Shown: positions 35,041-48,825 of the stretch, piece by piece | Layout of the letters: every line of letters begins with the position of its first letter | How positions within the stretch are numbered: the first letter of the stretch is position 1 | Assembly (NCBI GenBank): GCA_964016885.1 | Contig: OZ024741.1 | Coordinates: forward strand, 195,858,001 to 195,922,000 | Reading direction: 5' to 3' | From: Eledone cirrhosa | Taxonomy: Eukaryota | Length of the DNA: 64,000 nt | Position numbers and translations under genes: made by a program | Notes under the pieces: generated by a model | What the model saw: only the letters and a program-made list of their open reading frames with translations | Told to the model about the DNA's origin: nothing | Database searches by the model: none

Positions 35041-35978
35041 CATCATCATCACCGTTTTACGTCTGTTCTTCCACGCTAGCATGGGTTAGACAGGTTGTCC
35101 TGTTGTGGGCAGTGTCTGGTCGGCTGACCATGTCTTGCTCATACAGGAACTGATTTGGCTTGATTTCTACAGCTAGATGCCCTTCATAACACCAACCTCA
35201 TTTACAGTGAGTGCTGGGTGCTTTTTCGTGGCGCCTACACGTCCACATTACAGTGGAGGGTGTGGGGGCATATTGTTTATATGCTTCAGCTTGTACCCAT
35301 GGGAGGTCGGGTACTCTGTATTACTGCGTGACGCCAGAGGTCACGGTCGTGTGTCATCGCATTTGAGAGGTGTAATTGGGTAAGGTCGGCTTTTATCACC
35401 TCATCCCAGGTCATCTTGGGTCTCCCCACTCCGCGGTTTCCATCGACTTCTAGTGCTCTGCACCTTTTTATGCAGCTGTCATCCTTCATACGCATCACAT
35501 ATCCATACCAGCGCAACCGCCTCTCCTGCACACAGCATTTGATTCCTCTTATGCTCAGTCTCTCTCTCAATTCATTTATGCTTTGTCGTTCGCGTATATT
35601 ACTGTTACACATCCATCGGAGCATGAAGGCTTCGTTTCTCTCTAATCTACGTAAGTCTTCCACCTTCAGCGTCCAGGTCTCACTACCATGCAACATCGCT
35701 GTTCGGATACACGCATCATACAGTCTGCCTTTCATTTTGAGGGAGAAGCCTTTTGCAGCTAGCAGTGGTAGTAGTTCCCTAAACTTCTTCCATCCCGTTC
35801 TTACCCTAGTTATTGTACTTTCCGAACACCCACCTCCGCAGTTAATTCGGTCACCTAGGTAGCAGAAGCTGTCTACTGTTTCTACAGAGCCCTCCCAGAG
35901 ATTGGTGGTACTTGTTTCCTGTGGCTGTTTGCTGCTTTCTGTCCCAACACAGCTGCTGCATGTGAAGCCTACATTCTT
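35041..35978 (-). mobile_element. RTE LINE 3' fragment (second subfamily)
   Basis: AMLHGSETW, RLRWYG, GRPKMTW; UTR matches the 13795 copy; (GAT)n tail. Confidence 0.95.
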
Positions 35979-36184
35979 AATATATATATATATGTGTGTG
36001 TATATGTCTATATATATGTGTGTGTGTGTATGTCTATTTATATGTGTGTATGTCTATATATATATATGTGTGTGTATGTGTATATATAGATGTGTGTGTA
36101 TATATATATATGTGTGTGTATATATATATATGTGTATATACATGTGTGTGTATTATATATATATATGTGTGTATATATATATTG

Positions 36185-36215
<31 letters not shown>

Positions 36216-36273
36216 ATATATATGTGTGTGTATATATATATATAGTGTGTGTGTGTGTGTATATATATATGTG

Positions 36274-36316
<43 letters not shown>

Positions 36317-36357
36317 ATATTATTATATATATGTGTGTGTGTGTATATCTATCTATC

Positions 36358-39300
36358 TAGGGCGGGTAAAATTCCTGAGATCCATGGACGAGTTCTCTCC
36401 AGCGGTCTCTCTCCCTCATTATCGCTGCCATGTCCTGTGTCTCCAACAGACCAGTGTCTGTCCTTAGTGTATCAACATATGTTAACCTCGGTCTTCCTCT
36501 TCCAGTGTGTCCATGCAGGAGCTCCCAAAGGAGCACTGAGTGCAATGTCAACTCTGGATGTCGGTGAGCATGTCCAGCTAGCCTCAGTCTCCTCTGTGTC
36601 ACTTTTGAGCTGAACTTTGGGAGGCTCCCATACAGCTCTGAGTTTTTCATCCTCAGTGTATACTGATTAATCTTCAGAGCCATCCTCAGCATTCTTGTGT
36701 AACACCCATCCACCATCTGAGTGAGTCTCTTGGTCAGTGTCCAAGTCTCAGACCCGTACAACAGCACAGACTCCACTACAGCAACGAAGAGGCGGATCTT
36801 CAGGTCTTTACGAAGGTCCGACTTCCACACCAATCTTAAGCTGCGGCATGCCACCCAGGCTTTGCTCTTCCACTCAACCACTTCATCTTCCGTATTCCCA
36901 ATTTTTGCTCCCAATACAGGAAGTCCTCAACCAATTCTAGCGGCTTCCCGCCTAGATTTGTAATATTCTCTACCAGATATTTTGTCTTCATCTCATTCAT
37001 TCTCAGCCCCACACTCATCGATACAGTCTCCACCTCCTGCATCAAATCCTCTGCCTCCTTCACTGTGTTTGTCACCAAAACTATGTCGTCAGCAAATTCA
37101 GAATCCAATATCTTTTTCGCCTTAACTCTCCTGCTCTGAGCCGGTGTTACAGTAAAGCCAGAGTCCTGGTGTTTCTCCAGCGCAAGGTGCATACAATAGT
37201 CCACTGCGATAATAAAAAGGTAGGGAGCCAATGTATCTCCCTGGAGCATCTCAAAGAACTCTGTCATCCCATCAGGTGTAATGACTTGGGCTTTGGTCTT
37301 CTTGGGGATTCCATAAGCCTGTAAGATCTTCATCAGGCAGTGATGGTCCACAGAATCAAAGGCCTTCCTAAAGTCAATGAAAACCATGACTGCAGGAAGG
37401 CACTATGCTCTAGCTCCCTCTAATATCCTCCTCAGCATCAGGATGTGACTGGTGGTTGATGCTCCCTCTCTGAAGCCGTTCTGGTTGTCCCTGAGCTTCT
37501 CCATCTCGGGCTGGATCCTGTTAAGGGTCCTTGCCACAAGGGACGTCAGTGAGATCCCCCTGTAGTTGTTGGTGTTAGAGAGATCTCCCTTCTTTGGAAC
37601 TGGGATGATGTTACTGATTCGAGGCAACTCCTTTCTCCAGTGCCTGGTTACAGAACTCCAGGATGATATCATCAAAATCACACCTCTTCATCACCTCTGA
37701 TGCCACTCGATTTTCTCCATGAACCTTGCCCTCCTTAATCTTCTTCTTGGCTCTCTGAAGCTCCTCTCTGGTGAAGAGCCCTGTCTCAATATCCAGTTCC
37801 TCAAACAGCCGCTTTATCTCCCCAGTGTTCTGGGCTGTGGAGGGCGGCTCTCCTAGTAGGGTCCTAAAATGGTCCAGCCATTTCTCATTTCTATCCTAGG
37901 GCCTTGTTCCCTGGATCTGACTTGAACACCTTCTCTTCCTCCCTGTGATCCTGTTGATGATCATCCAGCTCCCCTTACATCCAGACCTGCCAACCGCTCT
38001 CTCCACACTTCTGATCTTCTCTATCAGTGCCTCCTCTCTGGCCTCAGTGTAAGCGGTACAGAGTTCTTCCCTCATCACCTCCACATCCTCCTTCCTCTCA
38101 TCCGTAGGATCTGCATAGAATTGGTCCTTGGCAGCTATCAGGTGTTCTCTGATTTTGGGTCTGCAGATCAGACGTGCTTCATTTTGTGCTTTCTCCTCGG
38201 CACCAGGGTCTCACTTGCTTCTGTCACTGCATTGGTGAAGTACCCAAACTTCTGTGTCACACTCACCTTAGTCCATCCAATCTCTCTCTCCTCTGCCTCT
38301 CCACACAGAGCACTGAACTTGTTCCTCACTTTTACTGTGAACCTCTCCTGTAGCTTATCATCTTCCTTGAAAGCTCCCTAGTTATAGATCGCTCTCCGGG
38401 GCTGAGCCTTGCTCTTTCTTAAGCTCACCCGGACCTCACTCATAACAAGCCGGTGGTCACTGCCCAGTGTACTGAAATAGTTGTATGGTTCTGTGTTCAG
38501 AACACTATTCCGCCACTTTTTCCTTACCAGAATGAAATCAATCTGGGACTTGGACAGGTGTATATCAGTGATGTAGGTCCACATCTTCCCCGGATTCTTT
38601 CTAAACCTTAGGTTGGTTGCCATCAAGTTCAACTCCAGCAGGGTGACCCTCACTCGTCTCCCATTTCAGTTGGTGTTGTTATGAAAGCGCCAGCAAGGAT
38701 CTTCACTGCTCTCCTTACTCAGATGTACATTGAAGTCCCCCAGAACAAGCAGGATGTTGTGAGCTTGTGTGGTGTTGACAGCTCTACACACCTCCTCATG
38801 GAACTCTTTCTTACTCACATCACTGTCTCCCTCGGTTAGACTATAGGCTGAGATGACTGTCAGTCTTGGGCTTCCATTGAAGATCACCCTCAACACTCGC
38901 AGGGAGACAGGTAAGATTTCCCTCACCAATAGATAGGTTTTTGCGCTGAAAACAAAACCCATTCCTCCTACTGCAGCATTGGTCATGTTCCTCACCGCTG
39001 ATGTGGTGATGAGCTGGCTCCTGTGTTCTTGGATCGCAAGTATCTGCATACCTCTCTACTCAAACAGATGACCCAACTCCTCTCTCTTCTCCAGCGTCCG
39101 AATAGTCCTCACATTCAGAGTGCCCATTTTGGGGACAAAACTGCATTCTTTATATTTGTCTCAGAGACAGCTGATCTATCATCCACTGGCCCTCCCTGTG
39201 GCTCTAAGCCAGCAGAGTCATAAAGACCAGACTGCTCCTTGACAGTGTAGTTAGGGGCTCTAACCCATGTTCTTTTCAGTGGCTGATAATACCTTACCAG

Positions 39301-39482
39301 CACCACTCGAATTAGGTAATTATTTAACCCATAAATGGGGCCCTAACAGGTACTACTACTCCGGGCCAGAGCAGACCTGGGAGTTATGACAACTAAGGGG
39401 TAACTCCACATTCCCCACACCTCCTGAACTCCAGAACTGGAGCCTTGCCACTGGATGTAGTTTAACGTCATACCCAGGACAT
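36358..39482 (-). mobile_element. Near full-length RTE-X LINE, disrupted
   Basis: APE motifs (LNVRT, IQEH, LGDFN, SQIDFILV, SDH), RT motifs (NYRGISL, FIDFRKAFDSV, LQGDTLAP, FADD), C-terminus; both ends lie in TA/TG tracts. Confidence 0.93.
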
Positions 39483-39744
39483 TGTGTGTGTATGTATATT
39501 ATATATATATGTCTTATGGTAGCTAAGATGCGTCCATAGGCGGTATGCTGGTTGAACACTCTATGCTCCTTTGGAGCAGAGCATGATAGAATGGAAAATG
39601 AAAAATCAGTGATGCATCGGAACTCAATTTATTGCGTATGACAATTGTTTCCCCGGTGAGCAGCTTGAGGTCCAATCTGTGTGTGGATCGACCTGACTCT
39701 GGATTCGCAGGTTCCTCAGACATATCTATTGATTTAGAGGATCT

Positions 39745-39870
39745 GCTCCGAAATCTGAGTTCAAATCCTGCCAAGATCAATTTTGCCTCTCATCCTTCTG
39801 TACTGCGGTTGATTTAATCAACTTTCCTCTTCCCTAAAATTGCTGGCCTTGTGCTTAAATTAGAAATTCT
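39745..39870 (+). mobile_element. Cephalopod-type SINE fragment (third family)
   Basis: gagttcaaatcctgcc...ttttgcctctcatcct...aaattgctggccttgtgc; related to the copies at 40170 and 56525. Confidence 0.6.
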
Positions 39871-40169
39871 TAAAGAGAGAAAAAGAAGTTACCATTGGCA
39901 GCTATGAGGAATGGAACCCCATATCTCCCAGATACTTGCTGGATGCTTTAAACCTATACAATTTGAGGACAGGACAACCACAATAATAATTTATTACTTA
40001 GGCTGTAGACAAAATTTTCTCCTTTTAGAGATAATGTCTTACAACTGGATGTCCTTCATGGCACCAGCTCTTAGTTACCTCTTACTTCATACAGAGAAAT
40101 GGAAATTAATGTGGAAATAATTTAAGGAAGGGGAAGACCAAGAAAGACATGGATAAAAATAATTGTTTC

Positions 40170-40347
40170 TACTTTAGGCACAAGGCCAGCAATTATCCAG
40201 TTCATTACTGGTACTTTATTTTATCGACCCCGTAAGGATGAAAGGCAAAGTTAACCTCGGCGGGATTTGAACTCAGATCGTAAAGGGACGTAACTATGCT
40301 GGAAAGCATGGCGTCCGACCCTCTACCGATACTGCCAATCCACCACC
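40170..40347 (-). mobile_element. Cephalopod-type tRNA-derived SINE (third family)
   Basis: GGTGGATTGGCAGTATCGGTAGAG...GAGTTCAAATCCCGCCGAGGTTAACTTTGCCTTTCATCC; nearly identical to 56525-56706. Confidence 0.85.
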
Positions 40348-40738
40348 TCAAATGGATAAAAATAATGAAAGAGAAAATGAAAGCAAGGCATTTGCTGAGG
40401 ATGGGATGCAAATGATGTTAAATTGAAGAAGCTTGTAAGGAGTCTGCAAGGTTAACTCCTGCTTTAGCAAGTCAAATGGTTTTAAAATGCATGTTGTTTT
40501 TGTTGTTGAAAGTGTTATATATTTATTTGCTTTTTGTAAATTATTGGCGACATGAAAAGAATTGGTCATTCTGGTGGTGGTGATGATGATGTTAATATTT
40601 TTGTGTTTGTACCAAATGAGAGTAATAGTGTTTTTAAGATAGTCTTCAAAGATGAAATAGAATATGTGATGTATAACAGACAAAAAAATGACTCCATAAC
40701 TCAAATAATCCAGCCTGATGAAAACCAGGAACCACTTC

Positions 40739-41098
40739 AATAATAGTAACTTGAGATAATAGAACACTCCAACAACTCTATGTACTTAGCAAACAATATT
40801 AAAAAAAGCACCCAGTACTCACTGTAAATGAGGTTGGTGTTAGGAATGGCATCCAGCTGTAGAAATCAAGCCAAAATCAGTTCCCGTATGAGCAAGACAT
40901 GCTATAAGCATTTCAATTAACAAATCCATTTAAAAATATTCTCTACTAAATGATTCCACAAGGCTTCTGGGTTTTCAAATGTCTCTCTTACTTCACTGGT
41001 GATATAAAAACGTGTATTATATATTGCGTCATTTTTTAACATTGTTTGCTAAGTACATAGAGTTGTTGGAGTGTTCTATTATCTCAAGTTACTATTAT
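40739..41098. repeat. Inverted repeat with about 67-bp arms (40739-40807 and 41032-41098) enclosing an inverted RTE 3' UTR piece
   Basis: ataatagtaacttgagataatagaacactccaacaactctatgtacttagcaaacaat occurs with its reverse complement. Confidence 0.9.
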
Positions 41099-41109
41099 AT
41101 ATGCCTTGC

Positions 41110-43205
41110 TTTCATTTTCAGTGGGAGTGGGGTTGGGGGAATACTATCTATATGCTTCAGCTTGTATCGATGAGAAGTCAGGTCTTCTGTATTACTGCAT
41201 AACGCTGATAAAAGCTGACCTTGCCCAATTGCACCTCTCAAAGGTCACGGTCCTGTGTCGTCGCCTTGAGAGGTGCAATTGGGCAAGGTCAACTTTTATC
41301 AGCTCATCCCAGGTCTTCTTCGGTCTCTCCACTCCAAGGCTTCCATCGACTTTTAGTGCTCTGCACCTTTTTATGCAGCTGTCTTCCTTCATATGCATCA
41401 CATGTCCATACCAACGTAATCTCCTCTCCTGCACACTGCATCTGATTCCTCTTATGCTTAGTCTCCCTCTCAATTCATTTATGCTTTGCCATTTGCGTTT
41501 ATTACTATTACACATCCATCGGAGCATGCAAGCTTCGTTTCTTTCTAATCTACACAAGTCTTCTGCACACAACACCCAGGTCTCACTACCATGTAACATT
41601 GTTGTTCATATGCATGCATCATACAGTCTGCTTATCCTTTTGATCTCCTATTCACTATTTTGATCTCCTATTCACTCCCGCACTTGAAAGGGGTCTACGT
41701 AGACATGACGAAAAGCTGTTTCACCGCCGCTTTCGCCTAAATAGACGGAAAGCTGCTTTCTCGATCCGCATCTCTGGACCCTGGAATCGGCTTCCAGAAG
41801 TAGTCAACGCGTCAACCACACAACAATTCAAGGCGAAATTGGACCGGTATTGGACCACTGTGTTTCGGACTGAAGCATCTATGTTTTAATTTCTGCCAAA
41901 TATATTGAATTGAATTGAATTGAAAAGCCTTTTGTAGCTAGCAGTGGTAGTAGCTCCCTGAACTTCTTCCATCCCGTTCTTACCCTGGTCTCTGTACTTT
42001 CAGAACAGCTACCTCCGCTGTTAATTCGGTCACCTAGGTAGCAGAAGCTGTCAACTGTTTCTACCAAGCCCTCCCACTATTGTTTCCTGTGGCTGTTTGC
42101 TGTTTACTGTCCCAGTGCAACTGCTACATGTAAAGCCTACATTCTTAACTAAACTTCCTGAGATCCCACTACATCTCTTGTGTACCGATAGTTTGCATTT
42201 GGGGCAGAGGATGGAATTTCTACCTACACCTTTCTTGTCTACTTACGAGGACCTTAGTCCTTGCCAGTTTGACTTTGAGACCTCTTCTTTCTAGTCCCTG
42301 CTTCCATGTTTGGAATTTCTTCTCTAGTTCCACTATAGATTCAGCTATAAGTATAAGATCATTCACATACAGAAGTTCCCATGGGCATCCGGTCTTAAAC
42401 TCCTCTGTTATAATCTGCAATACTATAATAAACAGGAGAGGTCTAAGAACAGAGCCCTGGTGGACACCGACCTCTATGCTAAATTCCTTGCTATAGTCAT
42501 TGTTAACCCTAACTTTGCTGACTGCTCCTCTATACAGGGCTTGTACAGCCTTCACAAGCCTCTCATCTATTCGTAGTTTTTTAAGAGCCCACCAGATTAT
42601 AGCACGGGGGACTCTGTCGAAGGCTTTTCCCAGATCGACAAATGTCAGATAGAGCGGCTTATTTTTAACTAGGTACTTTTCCTGTAACTGCCTCAAAAGG
42701 AAGAGAGCATCAGTAGTACTTTTGCCTGGCACAAACCCAAACTGCATCTCATCTAGATTTACCCAGTCCCTAATCAATTGTGCTGTAATTCTTTCTGTTA
42801 CTTTCATGACCTGGTCCATCTGCTTTATACCTCTATAATTTCCTCTATCTAGTGCATCTCTTGAACTCTTGTAGCAGTTGACAATGATGCTGCTATGCCA
42901 ATCATTTGGCATGAGACCCTCTAGTATTACTTTGTTAACAATACGTGTGGGTATGGTGTGACCTCCCGACCCAGATGCCTTCCCAGTCTTCATATTTTTA
43001 ATTACCTTACATACTACACTGCTGCTGACTAGTATTGCTGGACCCTCTATAAAGTCCATTTGGGGTAGGGTCTCTTTCTCCCATGCACTCTCTTCATTCA
43101 GTAATCTTTCATAATGGCTCTTCCACGCAGCTTTCTTCTTAGCACCTGTGAGGGTAAGCTCACCTTTATCATTTCGGACACACTTCTCTCCAATGACATC
43201 ACAAT
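41110..43205 (-). mobile_element. RTE LINE, truncated and rearranged
   Basis: RT ORF 42220-43059 (NYRGIK, FVDLGKAFDRVPR, GVHQGSVL) and C-terminus 41192-41599. Confidence 0.93.
41638..41925 (+). mobile_element. CR1/L2-type LINE 3' fragment nested in the RTE
   Basis: LFHRRFRLNRRKAAFSIRISGPWNRLPEVVNASTTQQFKAKLDRYW followed by an (ATTGA)n tail; about 20-bp tandem duplication at the 5' junction. Confidence 0.8.
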
Positions 43206-45524
43206 ATCAATCCATGCAAAACTACCTCTGGTTCTATGAAAGGAAATCACCCATTTTAAAGGCTTTCTATTTAAATTAAAATCTTCCAGTATATATATAC
43301 TCGAATATTTCCTGCCAATATGTTCCCTCAAAATGGTCAAATTTTGACCTACCTCCTCTTTGAGAGTAGTCATGTGCCACTACAAGTCTGAAATTGCTAC
43401 ATGTGATGGCAGCAACTGAATTTGTATGATTGTTTTGAAAAAACCTTTTCCATTTGAGGGAGACAATTGCCTGCTGATTTCACAATTCCAATGCCAAGTT
43501 ATGTAATGTCTACAGATATTACCTAACTACTGTGAACAACAGTTGCAGTTGGAATTATTATGAACAAACTGTATCAACAGTCTGGGTTTATTTGATATAA
43601 AAATATCATTACCTACATGTAGCCATTTATCTTACTGCTAACATATGTGTCCACTGTGTTATAAGTTTTTCTAATGTAGAAATCTTATAATTGCTTTGAG
43701 TAAGTGACAGCTTGAGATGTATGTATGTATGCATGCATTTCCATGTCCTTGCACATGCATGCATACACGGGAACATGGAAATACTCGGTTATATATAACA
43801 TATATAGTTGGGTGTGTGTTTGTCTTCATGTGTCTTCACATTGATGCTAGTTGGACAGTGGTGTTGTTGTTTATGTTCTGCAGACCTATGGAATAAAAGT
43901 ACCTTACTTTAAAACAAGGGTTGGCATCAGGAAGGGCATCTGGTTGTACAATACTGCCTCAAGAAGTCTAATGGAAAAAGCAAATGTGAAAATAATTATG
44001 ATGTATTCTTTCAGTTCTTTTATACTTTTTATGGTTTCAATCATTGGACTATGGTCATCCTGAGTGACTGCCTTCAAAGATTTTTACCAATCATATTAAA
44101 TCTCAGTATTTATTTCAGTTTGTTTCAGTTTATTCTATTTGTTGAACTGTTAAAATATGGGACATAACATAAGCAACAACACTTTAAAAAAAAAAAAACA
44201 CTGATACCTACTTAGAAACATACACTTATAGAAGTGTGGCCTCTCAAACTTTGCTTGACGCAATTTATCTTTGTTGAGGCATGTTTTGTTAGGGATTATT
44301 TCTTAATCCAAAAGTATTGATTCCTGTGATGATGAAGACAATCTGTGCATTTATCAAATGAAGGTCTTAAACAACTGAAACCTTGGAGTGCCACCATATA
44401 CTTTGAAAATGGGTTGTGTTGACATTGAAGTAAGTATTTGAATAACTCATTTACATGAATGCATGATTGACAGTAACATTGTTACAGAAGGTGAACATTA
44501 TGGAAAACATGTCAATATGCCAAAAATTAAATTGCGACCCTTAATGTAAGGTTTTTATGTAAAAATTATGGTGGAAGATTTGAATTTTAAATGGGTGGTT
44601 TTATTTCATTGAATCAGAGCCAGTTTTGGCCAGATTGGTAACAAAAGAGTTAAGAACCAGACAGAATGTCACCGACATTATATACACTATGTTTTCCGCT
44701 GTTAAAACTTTCTCCTTAATGTTAGTATCATTTGGATACTTAATTTACATTAATTTATATACACACATGTTTTAGCTCTTTTTTTGTTTTTTTAAATTTT
44801 CTATGCGCATTCATTGACATCAACAACAATGGCAGCTGCTGCCTAGCAAAGCAAGTTGGCACTCATACTAAATTAGAAGTAACTATATATTGTATTTTGT
44901 TCTTTCTAAAATAGTTTCAAAACAATGCTAACCTGGAATCTCTCCAAGATTATTAGATTGTATTTATTTCTAAATCATGATAAAACTTTCATTTTTTTTT
45001 TTTTGCTAGCTTTTTTTCTTTTTTTTTTTTTTTTTTTTTGCTATCTATATCTCTACAATTATGTTGTATTTGTGTTGTATGAACAAATGCCCAGCTTCTG
45101 TGTACATTTATTAGTTTTTGTATTTTAAGTGACAGGTCTGCTTCTATATGCTGTTATTATTATTCCCTCCACCCTACAACCATCTTTTCTAGTATGAGAA
45201 ACTTTTGATGCATTTTATAGATTTGGATGGATTGCAGCAGTGCAGTTTTCACACACACACACACACACACGTGAAATTCAACAGGAGTCCGTCTCTGAGT
45301 TTTTCAGATTTTCTTAAAATTTTCACCAAGTATTGGTACCTATGAGAGAAGTAGTTGCTGAAGATACTTTTTCCATAGTGCTTACTAATCCAATTTTATA
45401 GCCATTTAATGTATTTTGTTTAGACATATTTCCTGACATATTGGGTTGCAAGGTATGTGTTTTATACTTCCACTGTTTATCTTCTGTTGATCAGTAACAT
45501 TTCATTCATATCTCTCTCTCTCTG

Positions 45525-45583
<59 letters not shown>

Positions 45584-45594
45584 CTGCTATGAGG

Positions 45595-45910
45595 TGGGAT
45601 GCCATCCAGTTCCATTCTGCAAATGTGGTTGCAGCACCCAAATTAAGGTTCTGCTATGAGAAGAGTTCCGCACGACCAACTAGCCTGTCCCTCCTCATAG
45701 TGGTGCGATCCAGTTCCACATTGTAAACGTCGTGTTGGCTCCCAAACTGGGATACTGCTGAGAAAAGGGTTTGGTGCATCCAGCTGGCCTATTCATTCTC
45801 ATAGCTGTGCCATCTAGTTCCAGACTTCCAAACTGTGGTTCCGCTGTGTGAAAGGTTCAGTGTGGCCAACTGGCCTGTCCCTCCTCATAACAGTGCCATC
45901 CAGTTCTACA
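45595..45910. repeat. Degenerate tandem repeat, about 3.5 units of 85-105 bp
   Basis: ccatccagttcc-like anchors at about 45602, 45707, 45810 and 45896, with a shared cctgtccctcctcata motif. Confidence 0.65.
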
Positions 45911-46049
45911 CTGTATATGTGGTTAGTGTTAGGAAGGGCATCCAACTGTAAAAACCCTGGCCAAATTTACAGTCCCGTTGGAGCTATGTATGGCGTCGCC
46001 AGTTTTGTCTCTCAATGTGAACAACCCATTTGATACGTGTATAATAGCT

Positions 46050-46282
46050 CACACCTATGCAGGTTTAGCTGGCCTCCTCCAAGGTATATCTCATGGGAAG
46101 TGTCTTGGGTGATTTAATGATAGGGAACCCAGTCCTATCATCTCATTTCTACAGCTGAGTAAACTGGAGCAACGTGAAATAAAGTGTCTTGCTCAAGGAA
46201 ACAACACATCACCCAGTCCGAGAATTGAACTTGCAACCTTTCGATTGCAAGCCCAATGCTCTAACCACTAAGCCATGCACCT
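46050..46282 (-). mobile_element. tRNA-derived SINE (family of 19692); a further fragment lies at 46493-46584
   Basis: Same head and central domain. Confidence 0.8.
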
Positions 46283-46619
46283 TGATGCATGCAAGCATAG
46301 AAAAGGAAAATGATGATATACATATATATATACATTATATATTATATATATATATATATGTATATTATATATATATATTATATATGTATATAAAGGATTG
46401 ATCGACTTTCATCAAATCGGACCGAGGAAACAATGTTTTCGTCGGTCTTTCCAGTTGCTAGTACTATCTATCAGTTGAAACTCCAGGTAGAAGGAGCAAC
46501 GTGAAATAAAGTGTCTTGTTCAAGGACATAATGCACAACCTCAAGATTGTGAATCCAAATCTTTAACCACTCAGCCACATGCCTTGTATATATGTATATG
46601 TATATATATTATATATGTA

Positions 46620-48388
46620 TCATCATCATCATCATCATCAACGTTTAACGTCCGTGTTCCACGCTTGCGTGGGTTTGGACGGGGGTATTCCCACTTGAGG
46701 CAAGAGTGATTGTCTTGCTCGTATAGGACTGTCTGGCAGGTTTTCTACAGTTGGATGCCCTTCCTAACACCAACCACATTTACAGTGTGGGTCTGGGAGG
46801 TTTTTACCGTGTTGCCTACACGGCCACATTACAGCGTGGACTGTGTGTTTTTTGTCGTGACCCATACACGATCTCATTTGTTTCGGCCTGGATGGCGTGG
46901 CACCAACATAACTTTACATAGAAGGGGGTGGTGTGGATGGGGTGGGGGTGGTGGGACGGGGTGTATTTTGTTAGAGATGCCTACTGGCTGGAGTAGGTTT
47001 TACTATGTATTTAGGTAAGGCGGGTCTTCTCTGTTACTGAGTACCGCCAAAGGTCTCGGTCCAGTGACATTGTCTTGGAGAGGTGTAAGTGTGTGAGGTC
47101 GGAGTTTATCAGCTCGTCCCAGGTTTTTCTAGGTCTGCCTATTCCGTGGCTACCGTCTATCTTTATTGCCCTGCACTTTGTTATACAGCTATCGACTTTC
47201 ATGCGCATCACGTGTCCATACCAACGTAGCCTTCTCTCGAGTAAACAACATCTGATCCCTCTTATTTCTAATTTTTTCCTTAGTTCGTTTATGCTTTGCC
47301 GTTCATGTATATTACTGTTACGCATCCAGCGGAGCATGCAAGCTTCGTTCCTCTCTAGTCTGCGTATATCCTCTGCACACAATGCCCAGGTCTCACTGCC
47401 ATGCAACATTGCTGTTCGTATGCAGGCATCATACAACCTGCCTTTCATTTTTAGGGAGAACCCTTTAGCAGCTAATAGTGGTATAAGCTCTCTGAACTTT
47501 TTCCATCCAGTTCTGACTCTAGCTACTGTACTTCCAGAGCACCCTCCCCCACTGCTGATTTTGTCACCCAGGTAACGGAAGCTGTCCACTATTTCTATAG
47601 AGCCCTCTGCGCAGTTGTAAGAGCTAGTATTTTGTGGGCACTTGCTGCTACTTATTGCACCAGAGCACCGGCCACATGTAAAATCTATGTTCTTAGTTAG
47701 CTTACCTGTGATCCCACTACATCTTTTATGCACCCATACTTTGCATTTGGGACATAAAATGGAGTTTCTACCTACGCCTTTCCTACACACTGAGCATGGC
47801 CATTTCCCAGAAGGGACCGCCGCCTTATTTTCTTTCCTACAAACTAGAACTTTAGTCTTAGCCAGATTAATTTTACGGCCTTTTGATTCTAGGCCGTGCT
47901 TCCATGTTTGGAATTTCTTCTCTAGCTCGGCCATTGATTCAGCTATGAGTGTCAGGTCGTCTGCGTATAGGAGTTCCCATGGGCAGCCGGTCTTGAACTC
48001 CTCTGTTATAGCCTGAAGGGCAATAATAAATAATAGGGGGCTGAGAACAGAGCCCTGATGGACGCCAACTTTTACGCTAAACTCTTCACTATATTCGTTG
48101 TTAATTCTAACCTTGCTGACTGTTTCTTTATACATGGCTTGTATAGCTCTCACAAGCCATTCGTCAACACCTAGTTTTCTAAGAGCCCACCAGATAATGG
48201 GGCATGGGACTCTGTCGAAGGCTTTCTCCAAGTCGACAAAAGCTGAGTAGAGGGGTTTACCTTTAGCTAGGTACTTCTCCTGTAGTTGTCGTACAATGAA
48301 AAGAGCGTCTGTGGTACTTTTGCCTGACACAAACCCGAACTGCATTTCATCTAGGTCAATTCTCTCTCTGATTAGTTGCGCTATTACT
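46620..48388 (-). mobile_element. Young RTE LINE, 5'-truncated, with an open RT/C-terminal frame (47011-48388)
   Basis: About 460 uninterrupted codons: QFGF, FVDLEKAFDRV, GVHQGSVLSP, YADD, FRYLG, RLRWYGHV, GRPRKTW. Confidence 0.96.
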
Positions 48389-48462
48389 TTGTGGGTCCTC
48401 CCAACCCTTTGCCTGGCAAACTTTCTATGGCTGGATGCCCTTCCTATCACCAACCACTTTAC

Positions 48463-48825
48463 GTGACCTCTGGCGTCACGCAGTAATACAGAGTACCCGA
48501 CCTCCCATGGGTACAAGCTGAAGCATATAGACAATATGCCCCCACACCCCCCACCGCAAGGTGGTCGTGGAGGTGCCACGGCAAAAAAGCACCCAGCCCA
48601 CACTGTAAAGTGGACGTGTAGGCGCCTCGAAAAAGCACCCAGCACTCACTGTAAATGAGGTTGGTGTTAGGAAGGGCATCCAGCTGTAGAAATCAAGCCA
48701 AATCAGTTCCTGTATGAGCAAGGCATGGTCAGCCGACCAGACACTGCCCACAACAGGACAACCCGTCTAACCCATGTTAGCTTGGAAGAACGGATGTAAA
48801 ACGGTGATGATGATGATGATGATGA
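48463..48825 (+). mobile_element. RTE 3' UTR fragment (second subfamily)
   Basis: Matches 13850-14212; (GAT)n tail. Confidence 0.9.

Noticed and set aside
40552-40743. 63-aa ORF that looks protein-like
   Set aside because: No recognisable domain or splice signals, and it includes GGT/GAT simple repeats.
43200-43640. ILEDFNL motif resembling an APE endonuclease
   Set aside because: A single weak motif is not enough to annotate a separate LINE.
48564-48600. Resemblance to the pistol ribozyme P1/pseudoknot (CGUGG...CCACG...AAA)
   Set aside because: There is no P2/P3 or catalytic junction; the A-run leads directly into the pseudoknot strand, so it is treated as a simple H-type pseudoknot.
47011-48645. 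544-aa ORF as an intact gene
   Set aside because: It is chimeric: the first 85 or so residues come from antisense RTE/SINE UTR pieces fused by chance to a 5'-truncated RT with no endonuclease.
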